64,000 nucleotides of DNA from Nitrospirota bacterium (GCA_049325335.1 JBMOMC010000006.1:126666-190665); one strand, 5' to 3'. Counted from the first letter of the stretch, positions 18,037-32,428 are shown. The notes: generated from the letters alone by a model not told the origin. Numbers and translations: made by a program.

Positions 18037-20331
18037 ATGAACGATCTGTTATCGGATTTAAATCCCGCCCAACGCGAGGCGGTGCTCCGCACCGAAGGGC
18101 CCTTGTTGATCCTGGCCGGCGCGGGGAGCGGCAAGACGCGCGTGATCACCTACCGCATTGCGCACCTCATCGAGACCCACCGGGTACACCCCGCGCAGAT
18201 CCTGGCCGTCACGTTCACCAACAAGGCCGCTGGCGAGATGAAGGATCGCGTGCAGAGGCTGCTCGGTCCGGCGGGTCGCGGGGTGTGGGTGAGCACGTTT
18301 CACTCGGCCTGCGTGCGGATTCTGCGGACGCACGCCGAGCGCTTGAGTTATCCGCGCGAATTCGTGATCTATGATTCCGGCGACCAGGCCGCCTTGGTCC
18401 GGGAGTGTATGCGGGGTTTGGGCGTCAACGAGGACGTATACAAACCGCAGGCCGTGGCGCGGCGTATCTCCGACCTCAAGAACGCACTGACCACGCCCGA
18501 GGCGTTTCGGGGCACGGCGCAGACGTTCGGGATGGATGACGCGGTGGCGCGGACGTACCTGTTGTACCAGGATCGTCTGGCCCAGGCCGCCGCATGGGAC
18601 TTCGACGATCTGTTGATGCAAACCGTGCGATTGTTCGAGCGCGCGCCCGACGTGTTGGCCGCGTACCACCGGCAGTTTCGGTATCTGTTGATCGACGAAT
18701 ACCAGGACACCAATCACGCGCAGTACCGGCTGGTGCGGCTGCTGGCGGGCGAGCGCGCCAATCTCTGCGTGGTCGGGGACGACGATCAGAGTATCTACGC
18801 GTTCCGCGGCGCGGACGTGCGCAACATTTTGGAGTTCGAAAAGGATTTCCCGAACGCCGCGACCGTCAAGCTGGAGCAAAATTACCGCTCCACCCAGGCG
18901 ATCCTCGACGCGGCGTCCGCCGTGGTGGAGCGCAACCCCTCGCGCAAGCCCAAACGCTTGTGGACCGATCGGCTGGGCGGGGAGAAGATTACGGTCGCAC
19001 GGTTGGCCGACGACGAGACCGAGGCGGACTATCTGTGCCGCACGCTGCGCGAGCACGTCCGCGCGGGCAAGGTGTATCGCGATTTCGCGGTGCTGTACCG
19101 CACCAACGCCCAGTCGCGCGCGCTGGAAGAACGCTTGCGCAATGAGGCGATCCCGTACGTGATCGTCGGGGGGCTGCGGTTTTACGAGCGCAAGGAGATC
19201 AAGGACGTGGTGGCGTATTTGCGCGCGATCGTGAACCCCTCGGACGCGATGAGCCTTAAGCGCATCATCAATGTGCCGACCCGCGGGATCGGGGCCACGG
19301 CGCTGGAACGCATCGACGCGCACGCGACGCAAACCGGATCGCCGTGGGCCGAGGCGTTGCGCGCGCTGGCCGCGGATTCGGAACGGTTGGTGGCGAACTC
19401 CCGGCGGTCGATCGAGCGTTTCTTGACGTTGATGGACGGGTTGCGCGAGACCGCGAAGACCGCGACATTGCCCACGCTGCTCACCGCGGTGTTGGAGCGC
19501 ACCCGCTACATCGAGTCGCTGCGCGAGGAGTTCGGCGCGGAGGCGGAATCGCGGATCGAAAACATCCAGGAGTTATTTTCCGCGGTCGAGGAATTCGAGG
19601 AACAGTACGCGGGCCAGAATGTGCCGGAGACGATCGCGCCCGGCGAAGACTCGGCGCCCCAATTATCTCCGCTGGCCGCGTTTCTCGACCGCGTGGCGTT
19701 GGTGGCGGATACCGACGCGCTGACGTCGTCCGACGGCGCGGTGCCGTTGATGACTCTCCACTCGGCCAAGGGCTTGGAATTCCCCGTGGTCTTTCTGGTC
19801 GGGGTGGAAGAAGGCATTTTCCCGCACTCGCGATCGCTCAACGACCCGGACGCGATGGAGGAGGAGCGTCGGCTTTGTTACGTGGGCATCACGCGCGCCA
19901 AAGAGCGGCTGTACGTCACCTACACCGGGTTGCGGCGGCTGTACGGCTCGGTGCAATTCAACGCGCCGTCGCGGTTCATCGAAGAGATCCCCGAGGAGCT
20001 CAAACACGAGATCGGCGTGCAGGAGCGCGTGGAGACCGGCGTGGCGCGGGGATGGGACTCGCCAGGGCCGCGCCGGATGGGCATGGGAACGTCGCCGGCC
20101 GCCCGCGGACCCGGGCGAACACCCGCGTTCAACCCGTATAATCAAGAACCGCCCGAATCGCCGGAGGGCTCTTTGTTCGCGGTCGGCATGCGGGTGCGCC
20201 ACCCGGTGTGGGGCGCGGGCACGATCCAGGCCTCGGAAGGCATCGGCGAGGACGCCAAGGTGGTGGTGGCGTTTCGCGCCGCGGGCACCAAGAAATTGGC
20301 GGTCAAATTCGCGAGATTGGAGCCGGCGTAA
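18037..20331 (+). CDS. pcrA: ATP-dependent DNA helicase PcrA/UvrD
   Basis: AGAGSGKT, DEYQDTN and all SF1A motifs; C-terminal Tudor-like domain. Confidence 0.95.
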   Translation: MNDLLSDLNPAQREAVLRTEGPLLILAGAGSGKTRVITYRIAHLIETHRVHPAQILAVTFTNKAAGEMKDRVQRLLGPAGRGVWVSTFHSACVRILRTHAERLSYPREFVIYDSGDQAALVRECMRGLGVNEDVYKPQAVARRISDLKNALTTPEAFRGTAQTFGMDDAVARTYLLYQDRLAQAAAWDFDDLLMQTVRLFERAPDVLAAYHRQFRYLLIDEYQDTNHAQYRLVRLLAGERANLCVVGDDDQSIYAFRGADVRNILEFEKDFPNAATVKLEQNYRSTQAILDAASAVVERNPSRKPKRLWTDRLGGEKITVARLADDETEADYLCRTLREHVRAGKVYRDFAVLYRTNAQSRALEERLRNEAIPYVIVGGLRFYERKEIKDVVAYLRAIVNPSDAMSLKRIINVPTRGIGATALERIDAHATQTGSPWAEALRALAADSERLVANSRRSIERFLTLMDGLRETAKTATLPTLLTAVLERTRYIESLREEFGAEAESRIENIQELFSAVEEFEEQYAGQNVPETIAPGEDSAPQLSPLAAFLDRVALVADTDALTSSDGAVPLMTLHSAKGLEFPVVFLVGVEEGIFPHSRSLNDPDAMEEERRLCYVGITRAKERLYVTYTGLRRLYGSVQFNAPSRFIEEIPEELKHEIGVQERVETGVARGWDSPGPRRMGMGTSPAARGPGRTPAFNPYNQEPPESPEGSLFAVGMRVRHPVWGAGTIQASEGIGEDAKVVVAFRAAGTKKLAVKFARLEPA

Positions 20332-20618
20332 TGGATATCACGCGTGAACAAGTCGAGTACGTGGCCAAGCTGGCGCGGTTGGCGATCAGCGAGGAAGAGA
20401 AGGTCGTATTCGGGAAGCAACTTTCGTCGATCTTAACGTACGTCGAAACACTCAATCGGGTGGATACGAGCGACGTGGAGCCGACCTCGCACGTGATTCC
20501 GATGCAGAACGTGCTGCGGGAAGACGCGGCCAAACCGTCGTTGCCGCATGACGCGGCATTGGCGAATGCGCCGGATTCCGACTCGGGTTGTTTTCGAGTC
20601 CCCAAGATTATTGATTGA
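20331..20618 (+). CDS. gatC: Asp/Glu-tRNA amidotransferase subunit C
   Basis: MDITREQVEYVAKLARL and FRVPKII. Confidence 0.95.
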   Translation: MDITREQVEYVAKLARLAISEEEKVVFGKQLSSILTYVETLNRVDTSDVEPTSHVIPMQNVLREDAAKPSLPHDAALANAPDSDSGCFRVPKIID

Positions 20619-20636
20619 TGTCGGGAGAGTGAACGT

Positions 20637-20987
20637 ATGCTGCGGTTGATGCTGCGGTCGAAAATTCATCGCGCCACGGTGACGGGCGCGGACTTGGATT
20701 ATGAAGGCAGTCTGGCGTTGGATCAGAATCTGATCGACGCGGCGGGTATGTTGCCGTACGAGCAGATCATGGTGTCCAACCTCCAGAACGGCGAGCGGTT
20801 CGAGACCTACATTATCCCCGGTCCCCGCGGGTCCGGTATGGTGTGTTTGAACGGACCGACTGCGCGCAAAGCGATGGTCGGCGATCAGATCATCATTTTC
20901 TGTTATGAGTATTACTCGCAGGACGAGCTGGCGAACTACAAGCCGACGATCGTGAAAGTGGACGAGAAGAACCGCATTAAAGGCTAA
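20637..20987 (+). CDS. panD: Aspartate 1-decarboxylase
   Basis: SKIHRATVT..YEGS (G-S self-cleavage site) and NGERFETY. Confidence 0.96.
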   Translation: MLRLMLRSKIHRATVTGADLDYEGSLALDQNLIDAAGMLPYEQIMVSNLQNGERFETYIIPGPRGSGMVCLNGPTARKAMVGDQIIIFCYEYYSQDELANYKPTIVKVDEKNRIKG

Positions 20988-20995
20988 GACGAGTG

Positions 20996-21073
20996 GGCGA
21001 GCCGGGGAACCGGGGAGAGGGAGATAAGGACAAGAACTTTCGCCGGTTCTCCGGCTCCCCGGCTCGCCGGTTC
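20996..21073. repeat. Octamer-periodic (CCGG) inverted-repeat hairpin
   Basis: GGCGAGCC|GGGGAACC|GGGGAGAG ... TCGCCGGT|TCTCCGGC|TCCCCGGC|TCGCCGGT; stem of about 21 bp. Confidence 0.7.
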
Positions 21074-21081
21074 AAAGTCAG

Positions 21082-22587
21082 ATGCTGATAGACGCGCTCA
21101 AGCGGCCCGAACTGGCCTTTATTCAGGAAATCGCTGTGCGATTTCCCCAGGCCCAGGTGTACCTTGTGGGCGGAGCCGTGCGCGACGCCATGTTGGGGCG
21201 CGAGACCAAGGATTTGGACTTTGTGGTGCGCGGGGTGCCGGGCGAGACGTTGGAGCGGGCATTGGCCAAGCTCGGGTCTGTCAATTACGTGGGCAAGACG
21301 TTCGGGGTGTATAAGTTCGTGCCCCGCGGCGGGGATCCGCAGGAGCCGTTCGACGTGGCGTTGCCGCGCACCGAGCATTCGGATGCGTTGTCCGGCGCGT
21401 ACCGCGAGTTTTCGGTCCAGTCCGATCCCGGGTTGCCGGTGGAGGACGATCTGGGGCGCCGCGACTATACCGTGAACGCGATGGCGCTCAACGTGCTCAC
21501 TGAGGAACTGGTGGACCCGTTCAACGGCAAAGGCGATCTGTGCGCCAGACGATTGCGCGCGGTGGGCGAGCCGGATCGTCGCTTTGCGGAAGATTACTCG
21601 CGGATGCTGCGCGGCCTGCGGTTGGCCTGCCAACTCGGGTTCGACTGGGACGCGGACACGTGGGCGTCGATCGTGCGGTTGATGCCGCGGATCAACGCCA
21701 CGCGAGGGAAGGATTTCATCGTGCCGCGGGAAACCGTGGGCCGGGAACTGGTGCGCGCGTTCGTGGCCGACCCGGTGAAGGCGTTGGATCTGTGGGACGC
21801 GAGCGGCGCGATCAGCGAAATCATGCCGGAATTGCTGCCCATGAAGGGGTGTCCGCAGCCGCCGAATTATCATGCGGAAGGCGACGTGTGGACGCACACG
21901 CGGCTGGCGTTGGAACGCGCGACCTCGCCGGAGTTCACAGCGGAGTGGCCGGACCGTCGGTTGGACGCGGAGGTGGTTTTCGCGGTGTTGCTCCACGACG
22001 TGGCCAAACCCGTGACCATCACCACGCCGGAGAAGGACGGCACCGACCGGATCCGGTTCAACAACCACGACAACGTGGGCGCGAGAATGGCGCGCGCGAT
22101 CTGCGAACGATTGAAGTTGTCCCAGTTCCCGCGTGAGTCGCCGTGGCACATCGACTCGGAACGGTTGGGCTGGTTGGTGGCGCACCATCTGTTGCTCGTG
22201 CACGGCCCGGTCGCGGACATGAAGAACTCCACGATCGAGAAGTATTTTTTCGCGGACCCCCAGGCGGGCGAGCAGTTGCTGATGGTGATGTGGGCGGACG
22301 GGTCCGCCACGGTTCCGCCGTCGGGGACTCCGGATTTGACCAACTACCGCGCCATGCGCGGTCGGATCGCGAAGCTGGCGGAACTCGGCCGCGCGCGCAA
22401 AGGGTTGCCCCCGCCATTGGTGGACGGCCGGCGTATCATGGCGGAGTTCGGCGTGCCCGCGGGACCGGTCGTCGGCAAGTATTTGGCTCTGGTCAGGGAG
22501 GCACAGTTGGCCGGGCAGGTGGCGACCGCGGACGATGCGGTGGCGTGGCTCAAGCGGCAGATCGGAACGGCGGTGTCGGATGGCTGA
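21082..22587 (+). CDS. cca: Class II tRNA nucleotidyltransferase (CCA-adding/poly(A) polymerase family) with HD domain
   Basis: [34 protein letters not shown] and LLHDVAK. Confidence 0.85.
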   Translation: MLIDALKRPELAFIQEIAVRFPQAQVYLVGGAVRDAMLGRETKDLDFVVRGVPGETLERALAKLGSVNYVGKTFGVYKFVPRGGDPQEPFDVALPRTEHSDALSGAYREFSVQSDPGLPVEDDLGRRDYTVNAMALNVLTEELVDPFNGKGDLCARRLRAVGEPDRRFAEDYSRMLRGLRLACQLGFDWDADTWASIVRLMPRINATRGKDFIVPRETVGRELVRAFVADPVKALDLWDASGAISEIMPELLPMKGCPQPPNYHAEGDVWTHTRLALERATSPEFTAEWPDRRLDAEVVFAVLLHDVAKPVTITTPEKDGTDRIRFNNHDNVGARMARAICERLKLSQFPRESPWHIDSERLGWLVAHHLLLVHGPVADMKNSTIEKYFFADPQAGEQLLMVMWADGSATVPPSGTPDLTNYRAMRGRIAKLAELGRARKGLPPPLVDGRRIMAEFGVPAGPVVGKYLALVREAQLAGQVATADDAVAWLKRQIGTAVSDG

Positions 22588-24052
22588 GCAGGCATTACAC
22601 GGATTGACCATTCACGGGGCGTGTGAGCTGTTGGCGGAGCGCCGGATCAGCAGCCGTGAGTTGCTGGAGAGCGTGGAGGCGCGCATCGCCACGGTGGAAC
22701 CCGAGGTGCACGCGTATCTTGCGCTCACGCGCGATGCGGCCCGCGCGCAGGCTGACGAGGCGGATAGATGCCTTCGCGTCGGTGAACGCGTGACCCCGTT
22801 GACCGGGATTCCCATCGCGCTCAAGGACAACATGTGTGTCGCGGGCGTTAAGACCACGTGCGCGTCCAAGATTCTCGAAGGGTTCGTCCCGCCGTACGAC
22901 GCCACGGTCGTCGCGCGGTTGCGGGCCGCGGGCGCGGTGTTCACGGGCAAGACCAACATGGACGAATTCGCGATGGGCTCGTCCACCGAGAACTCCGCCT
23001 TCGGCAACACGAGGAACCCGTGGGGTCGGGACCGAATTCCCGGCGGGTCGAGCGGCGGATCAGCCGCGGCCGTGGCCGCGGACGAGTGCCTGGGGTCGCT
23101 GGGGTCGGACACGGGAGGATCGATTCGCCAGCCCGCAGCTTGTTGCGGCGTGGTGGGGCTCAAACCCACGTACGGCCGGGTCTCGCGGTACGGGTTGGTG
23201 GCGTTCGCGTCGTCCTTGGATCAGATCGGGCCGTTCGCCAAGGACGTGGAAGACTGCGCGCTGTTGCTCAACGCGATCGCGGGCCACGACCCGAATGATT
23301 CCACCTCCGCCGACGTGCCCCGCCCGGACTACACCGCGGAGCTCACGACCGGCGTGCGGGGCCTGCGTGTCGGGGTACCCAAGGAGTACTTTATCGCCGG
23401 GATGGATCGCGACGTGGAGGCCGCGGTCAAAACCGCGATCCGAACGCTGGAACGAGAAGGCGCGCGGGTCGAAGACGTGTCGCTCCCGAACACGGAGTAC
23501 GCGGTGGCGGTGTATTACCTCCTGGCCACGGCCGAGGCAAGTTCCAACTTGGCGCGCTACGACGGCGTCAGATTCGGCTATCGCGCCAAGGCGCCCGCGA
23601 ACTTGATGGACCTGTATGCTCGAAGCCGCGCCGAAGGATTCGGCCCCGAGGTCAAGCGCCGGATCATGCTCGGCACGTACGCGCTCTCGTCCGGGTACTA
23701 CGACGCGTACTACGTCAAGGCCCAGCGCGTGCGCACGTTGATCAAACGGGACTTTGACCGCGCGTTCGAGCGCGTGGACGTGATCGCCACGCCCACCGCG
23801 CCTACGCCCGCGTTCCGGTTCGGCGAGAAGACGCAGGACCCGCTGCAAATGTACCTCTCGGACATTTTCACGATCTCGGTCAACTTGGCTGGCGTGCCGG
23901 CCCTATCCATGCCGTGCGGGTTCTCGGGCGAGGGCCTGCCCATCGGGCTGCAACTGATTGGCAAACCGTTCGCGGAATCCACGATTCTTCGTGCGGCCGC
24001 GGCGTACGAGCGGGTGACGGAGTGGAAGACAAAAAAACCGGTGATTGGATGA
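22580..24052 (+). CDS. gatA: Asp/Glu-tRNA amidotransferase subunit A
   Basis: [20 protein letters not shown] and [11 protein letters not shown]. Confidence 0.97.
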   Translation: MAEQALHGLTIHGACELLAERRISSRELLESVEARIATVEPEVHAYLALTRDAARAQADEADRCLRVGERVTPLTGIPIALKDNMCVAGVKTTCASKILEGFVPPYDATVVARLRAAGAVFTGKTNMDEFAMGSSTENSAFGNTRNPWGRDRIPGGSSGGSAAAVAADECLGSLGSDTGGSIRQPAACCGVVGLKPTYGRVSRYGLVAFASSLDQIGPFAKDVEDCALLLNAIAGHDPNDSTSADVPRPDYTAELTTGVRGLRVGVPKEYFIAGMDRDVEAAVKTAIRTLEREGARVEDVSLPNTEYAVAVYYLLATAEASSNLARYDGVRFGYRAKAPANLMDLYARSRAEGFGPEVKRRIMLGTYALSSGYYDAYYVKAQRVRTLIKRDFDRAFERVDVIATPTAPTPAFRFGEKTQDPLQMYLSDIFTISVNLAGVPALSMPCGFSGEGLPIGLQLIGKPFAESTILRAAAAYERVTEWKTKKPVIG

Positions 24053-24059
24053 TTCAGCC

Positions 24060-27295
<3,236 letters not shown>

Positions 27296-27299
<4 letters not shown>

Positions 27300-28228
27300 A
27301 CGAGTCATCGACGGACACCGCGGCTCGCGCAACCACGCGGTCCGCCTTTCGCAGCGGGATGATCGCGCTGGTGGGGCGGCCCAACGTGGGCAAGTCCACG
27401 TTGATCAACCGGCTTGTGGGCGAAAAGGTGGCGATCGTCTCGCCCGTGCCGCAGACCACGCGGACCCGCGTGCTCGGCATTCTGCGACGTCCCGAGGCGG
27501 AGTTGATCTTCGTGGACACGCCGGGCGTGCACAAACCGCGGCATTTGCTCAACGAGTCCATGGTCCGCGCGGCGCGCGCCGCGCTCGACGAAGCCGACGT
27601 GGTGTGCCTGGTCATCGACGCCACGGCGGGCTGGCGTCCTGGGGATCGCGCGGTGTTGAACCTCGTTACGACCAGGCGGGGGCCGGTGGTGCTGGTGATC
27701 AATAAGGTGGACCGGGTCAAGAAGCCCGCGCTCCTGCCGCTGATCGACGCGTGCCGCAAGGCGTACGCGTTCGTGGAGATCGTGCCGATCTCGGCGCAAA
27801 AGGACGAGGATTTCGACCCGTTGCTCCGCGCCCTGGCCGCGCTGGTTCCGGCCGGCGAGGCGAATTATCCTGCCGATGAATACACGGATCAGACCGCGCG
27901 GGCGATGGCCGCGGAACTGATCCGGGAAGCCATCCTACTGCGCACGCGCGAGGAGGTGCCGCACGCGGTGGCCGTGCGCATCGAGGAGTTCTCCGAAGAT
28001 CCCGCCACCGGGTTGGTGAGCATCCGCGCGCAGGTGCTGGTGGAAAAGGAGTCGCAGAAAGCCATTCTCATCGGCGCGGGCGGGTCCATGATGAAACAGG
28101 TGGGCGAGCAGGCGCGCCTGGAGATCGAACGCCTGCTGGGGACGAAAGTATATTTGTCGCTGTGGGTGACGGTGGAGCCGTCCTGGCGACAGGACGCGCG
28201 GCAACTGGGCGAATTGGGGTACGCGTGA
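27296..28228 (+). CDS. era: GTPase Era
   Basis: GRPNVGKST, QTTR, DTPG, NKVD and KH domain. Confidence 0.96.
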
Positions 28229-28464
28229 GAACCCGTTCAGGAAAGGGCCATCTGCTGCGTTGGCGCTGCGCTTGCTTCGCCAAGCGAGCGGAACTGGCCA
28301 TTGCCAGCGCCGTAAATCGGCGCAGTGCGCTTTCCGCTCCTCACGTACGCAGCCAGTACGCTCCGGTGCGGTCACAGGCGGCTTCGCACGCCGTGCAAAT
28401 ATTATACGGGCCGACGCTGTCGGCCCTGTTCCGCCTTGCATCTGTCCCTTTCCTGAATGGGTTC
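28229..28464 (+). repeat. Structured repeat copy A (long variant)
   Basis: Terminal IR GAACCCGTTCAGGAAAGGG / CCCTTTCCTGAATGGGTTC. Core blocks CCATCTGCTGCGTT, CTCACGTACG..CAGTACGCTCCG and GCCTTGCATCTG. Confidence 0.85.
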
Positions 28465-28490
28465 AACTGGCGGGTTACTCGGACACGCTC

Positions 28491-29852
28491 ATGACCGACG
28501 CGACGTTCGACATGATCGTGGAGACGTTCCGGAAGTTCCTGCGCCGGGGCGCGATCACGCATTTGTCCAACATGGCCGGCAAGATGCGGCCCGCGGACCT
28601 GGCCCAGGTGATCCGTCATCTCGGCACGGTCCAGGAGCGGCGCACGGTGTTCGAACTCCTGCGCGACATGAAGGCCCGGGCCGCAGTGGTCAGCGAGAGC
28701 GAACCCGAAGTGATCGGCGAATTGCTACTCGACATGCCGCCCCACGATGTAGTGGTGGTCTTGCGCGAACTGGCCTCCGACGACGTGGCCGACATTCTGG
28801 GCAATATGCCCGAGGAAAAGGCGCAGGAAATCCTGCACCTGATGAAGGCCGATGAGTCGAGCGAGGTCAAGGACCTCTTGCAATACCCGGAGGAGACCGC
28901 GGGCGGCATCATGACCACCGACTTCGTGTCGTTGTACGAGGACACGACGGTCAAGGACGCGATCGCGCACCTGCAAGAGACCTCGGCCAAACAAATGGTG
29001 TTCTACCTGTACGTGACCGACCGCGGGGGCCGGCTGGTGGGCGTGGTGTCGTTGCGGCAACTGCTCGTGGTGTCGCCGCTGACACCGCTCAAAAAAATCA
29101 TGACCACGGACGTGATCAGCGTAGCGACCGACGTGGATCAGGAGGAGGTCTCCAAACTGGTCGCCAAGTACAACATCCTGGCGATTCCGGTGGTGGATAA
29201 GGATCACGTCTTGGTGGGGATCATCACCGTGGACGACGTGGTGGACGTGATCCGCGAAGAAGCGACCGAAGATATCTTGAAGCTGGCCGGGGCGAGCGAT
29301 GCCGACATGCTGCAACTCTCCAGTATCCGTGCCGCGCGGATGCGCATGCCGTGGTTGTTGACCAGTTTGGTAGGCGGCATAATCACCGGCGTGTTTCTCT
29401 GGATCTTTCGCCCCGCGATCCAACACGTGATCGCGCTGGCCAGTTTCATCCCGGTCATCACCGCGATGGGCGGCAACGTGGGACTCCAGACCTCCACGTT
29501 GGTGGTGCGTGGATTGGCCACGGGGCGCATCGAGTCCGCGGAGATTCGCGCCGTGTTCCTCAAAGAGTTGACCGTGGGGCTCATGATGGGGGCCTTGTGC
29601 GGAGTGATCGTGGGCGTGGTGGCTCAACTGTGGCACGGACCGACTATGCTGGGAATCGTGGTGGGCGTGTCCATGTTCTCAGCCATTACGGTCGCCGCGC
29701 TCATGGGGACCCTAATGCCCATCTTCCTGCGGCGGGCCGGATTCGATCCTGCGATTTCCTCGGGCCCGTTCGTCACCGCGGCCAACGACATCACGGGGCT
29801 GGTTATGTACTTGGGGTTGGCGACGTTGTTGTTGGAACACCTTCTGACCTAG
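28491..29852 (+). CDS. mgtE: Magnesium transporter MgtE
   Basis: TAGGIMT, CBS pair, GGNVGLQ, DPAISSGPFVT and NDITG. Confidence 0.96.
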   Translation: MTDATFDMIVETFRKFLRRGAITHLSNMAGKMRPADLAQVIRHLGTVQERRTVFELLRDMKARAAVVSESEPEVIGELLLDMPPHDVVVVLRELASDDVADILGNMPEEKAQEILHLMKADESSEVKDLLQYPEETAGGIMTTDFVSLYEDTTVKDAIAHLQETSAKQMVFYLYVTDRGGRLVGVVSLRQLLVVSPLTPLKKIMTTDVISVATDVDQEEVSKLVAKYNILAIPVVDKDHVLVGIITVDDVVDVIREEATEDILKLAGASDADMLQLSSIRAARMRMPWLLTSLVGGIITGVFLWIFRPAIQHVIALASFIPVITAMGGNVGLQTSTLVVRGLATGRIESAEIRAVFLKELTVGLMMGALCGVIVGVVAQLWHGPTMLGIVVGVSMFSAITVAALMGTLMPIFLRRAGFDPAISSGPFVTAANDITGLVMYLGLATLLLEHLLT

Positions 29853-29978
29853 GAGCCTGTCCATGAAAGGCCATCTGCGGCGTTGTCGGTCGACCTTGCG
29901 TGCTCACGTACGACCCAGTACGCTCCGCGCGCAAGGTTCGCCCTCCGCCTTGCGTCTGGCCTTCCCTGAACAGGCTCC
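29852..29978 (+). repeat. Structured repeat copy B
   Basis: Terminal IR GGAGCCTGTCCATGAAAGGCCA / TGGCCTTCCCTGAACAGGCTCC; same three core blocks. Confidence 0.85.
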
Positions 29979-30012
29979 AACTGGGCTCATTCGGATAGAC
30001 TCCTGACCCGGC

Positions 30013-30828
30013 ATGTGGCTCGACAGTCAGGCCATCGTGTTGGCGGGCCAGAAACTCGGCGAATCCGACACCGTGGTGACGCTGCTGACCTTGGAGCGCG
30101 GGTTGCTCAAGGGCGTGGCCAAGGGCGCGCGGCGGATGAAGAGCCGGTTTGGCGGCGCGATTCAGCCGTTCACCTACGGACAGGCCGTGCTGTTCGAGCG
30201 CCGTGCCACGGGGCTGCGCTCGCTCAACCATTTTGATCCGATCCATTCGTTCCAGCGCCTGCGTGAGGAGTTCGACCGGTTGAGCGACGCGGCGGTCCTG
30301 GCCAACGCGGCGCGACGCCTGCTTCCGGAAGACCAACCAGCCCCCGACGCGTTCGCGGTGCTGCTCAAGGCGCTCCGATCGCTGGAAGCCGGGCGCGACC
30401 GGGACGGGGGCGTGTTGTGTTGGGCGTTGTTGTCGTTGCTGCAAGCCGCCGGGTACCAACCGAGGGTGGATCGCTGTTTGGCTGGACGCCACGGCCCACG
30501 GTCCGCAACGGTCTCCGGCCGGTGGCTGTTCGTGCCCCATGTGGGCGGCGCGGTGTGCCCGTCCTGCGGGCTGGATGCGGTGTCAGGCCCGACCGGCCCG
30601 GCCACCGCGTTTGCCATGACGCCGGGCGCGCACGCGCTCTTGCGCCAGGCCCTTCGGATGCCGCCCGCGCTGCGGGCCAGGCTATCGGCCGGGCACGCCG
30701 TTGTTCGGGAGGTCAGGGTCCTGCTCGAAGCCTGTATTGCCGAACGCGGACGACGCCTGGTGAAACGCCCGGTGCCGGATCGTTCGGCGGTTCCGCCGGT
30801 GAATGTCCGGAAGCCCCGCCACGTCTAA
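30013..30828 (+). CDS. recO: DNA repair protein RecO
   Basis: AIVL..LGESD, VAKGARRMKSRFGG and Zn-binding remnants (RC..CPSC). Confidence 0.9.
   Translation: MWLDSQAIVLAGQKLGESDTVVTLLTLERGLLKGVAKGARRMKSRFGGAIQPFTYGQAVLFERRATGLRSLNHFDPIHSFQRLREEFDRLSDAAVLANAARRLLPEDQPAPDAFAVLLKALRSLEAGRDRDGGVLCWALLSLLQAAGYQPRVDRCLAGRHGPRSATVSGRWLFVPHVGGAVCPSCGLDAVSGPTGPATAFAMTPGAHALLRQALRMPPALRARLSAGHAVVREVRVLLEACIAERGRRLVKRPVPDRSAVPPVNVRKPRHV
30800..30828 (+). promoter_or_regulatory. Putative ECF-sigma autoregulatory promoter
   Basis: TGAATGT-N16-GTCTAA; same TGAAT-N17-CGTCT motif as at 32509. Confidence 0.6.
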
Positions 30829-30853
30829 TGTCGCGACGGAGATGAGGACGGTG

Positions 30854-31459
30854 ATGAACGCGGCCTCGTCGAGCCCGCCGGTGGTCGATGACGACGGTCA
30901 GTGGGTCGCCAAGGCGCAACGCGGGGACGAGCACGCGTTCGGGGAGCTGGTAATCCGGTATCGGACCCGCATGTACCAGGTGGCCTACGGCATGGTCAAT
31001 CACCACGAGACCGCGATGGATCTCGCGCAGGAGGGGTTTCTGCGCGCGTACCAGCATCTGGCCGCGTTCCGTGGCGAGGCCAAGTTCTCGACGTGGCTGC
31101 GGCGGATCGTCACCAACGTGTGTTTGGATTACGTGCGGCGGGCCGAACACCGCACCGCGACCGCGTCGTACGACGAAACACGGGCCGAAGACGACGATCC
31201 CGACGGGGTGAGTTTGGCTGGCGCGTTGGATCCGCCGGACGCGAGGGTCACGCGCCGCGAACTCGGGCTCGCGATTCTGGAGGCGATGCGGGCGTTGACG
31301 CCGGAGCAGCGGGCCGCGATTGTGTTGCGCGAAGTGGAGGAGATGTCGTACGAGGAGATCGCCAAGACCATGGACTGCGCCGTGGGCACCGTGATGTCGC
31401 GACTACACTATGCTCGCAAGCGGCTGCAGTCCCTGTTGCGGGAACACCATGAGCGGTGA
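30854..31459 (+). CDS. ECF RNA polymerase sigma factor (RpoE-like)
   Basis: GDEHAFGELV, DLAQEGF, FSTWLRRI and SYEEIA..GTVMSRLHYAR. Confidence 0.93.
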   Translation: MNAASSSPPVVDDDGQWVAKAQRGDEHAFGELVIRYRTRMYQVAYGMVNHHETAMDLAQEGFLRAYQHLAAFRGEAKFSTWLRRIVTNVCLDYVRRAEHRTATASYDETRAEDDDPDGVSLAGALDPPDARVTRRELGLAILEAMRALTPEQRAAIVLREVEEMSYEEIAKTMDCAVGTVMSRLHYARKRLQSLLREHHER

Positions 31460-31982
31460 CCACACGATGAGCGGTTCGGGCGAGTGCGACGCGATTGCCC
31501 CGTTGTTGAGCGCGTGGGTTGACGGCGAGGTATTCGGCCGCGAACGGGCGCTGGTTGAGCGCCACGTGGCGGGTTGCGCGCGTTGCCGAACCGTGGCGGG
31601 CGACTACCGCGTGATCGGCGCGACATTGTCCGTCGCGACCCATCGCGCCGCGGCGCGCGACCTGTCCGCGATCGCGTGGCCCCCGATTCCGGCGAGCGCG
31701 CCGATTCGCGTCGAGCCCGCCTTGACACCCCGGCGGCGCCTCCTCTATGATGTCGCGCGCTGGTTCAATCCCTGGCCGGTCTTTGCGGGCGCGGCCGCGA
31801 TGGTGGCGTTGATCGTGGGCATCGGCCTGTGGCGGCCCTCGCTTCCCGAGGCGTTGGTGGAAATCGAGCGCCTCGACGCGGCAGGGCCGGTGATGGTGCT
31901 GACCGGCGGCGACGGCCGCACCACGATCATTTGGTTAGTTGATCCCGAAGAAACCCCGCAGCCAGAGGCAGCCCCGATATGA
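31449..31982 (+). CDS. Zinc-binding (ZAS) transmembrane anti-sigma factor
   Basis: C..LLSAWVDGE..HVAGCARC (HxxxCxxC) and one TM helix. Confidence 0.85.
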   Translation: MSGDHTMSGSGECDAIAPLLSAWVDGEVFGRERALVERHVAGCARCRTVAGDYRVIGATLSVATHRAAARDLSAIAWPPIPASAPIRVEPALTPRRRLLYDVARWFNPWPVFAGAAAMVALIVGIGLWRPSLPEALVEIERLDAAGPVMVLTGGDGRTTIIWLVDPEETPQPEAAPI

Positions 31983-32428
31983 CACGTACGATACTCGTCG
32001 CCATATGGATCGTCGTCGCCGGCTCGCTGAGCCTTGCCGTCAGCGGCTGGGCCGCGGATCAGCCAGTGAAATTGACGGTGCAGGTCGTTCAGGCGTCGAA
32101 TCAAGGCGCAACCGTTGATCCCGCGTTGGCCAAGATCCGCGCGCAGTTGTCTTCGTTGAAATTCAGCAGTTACCGGCTCCTTGAAACCCACCCCTTGTCC
32201 ACCACGGTCGGCGCCAAACACGCGGTGGCGCTGCCGGGCGGACGCACCATGGATCTTTATCCATACGGCGTTTCCGGCGGGAGTTTGGAAGTGCTCGTCA
32301 CCATTACGGACGGCGCCAAACGCATCCTCGACACCACGGTCAGGCTCCCCAACAACGGCACCATCGTGGTGGGCGGACCGTCGCATGGCGACGGCGTGTT
32401 GATCGTCGCGCTCTCCGGCTCGTTCTAG
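31979..32428 (+). CDS. Secreted hypothetical protein, coupled to the anti-sigma
   Basis: Signal peptide; ATGA overlap with the anti-sigma; beta-rich. Confidence 0.75.
   Translation: MTRTILVAIWIVVAGSLSLAVSGWAADQPVKLTVQVVQASNQGATVDPALAKIRAQLSSLKFSSYRLLETHPLSTTVGAKHAVALPGGRTMDLYPYGVSGGSLEVLVTITDGAKRILDTTVRLPNNGTIVVGGPSHGDGVLIVALSGSF

Noticed and set aside
14337-18149. 1270-aa minus-strand ORF and many other long overlapping ORFs
   Set aside because: Antisense or off-frame shadows of glmU, glmS and other genes, caused by high GC and stop-codon scarcity. They have R/H/G-rich composition and no motifs.
28229-28490. Canonical M-box (ykoK) riboswitch before mgtE
   Set aside because: The region is explained by the repeat family found at three other loci. 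I could not recognise M-box consensus features.
28229-29978. mgtE as cargo of a composite transposon bounded by repeats A and B
   Set aside because: The two flanks have different terminal sequences, there is no transposase or shared target duplication, and era-mgtE-recO looks like a native gene order.
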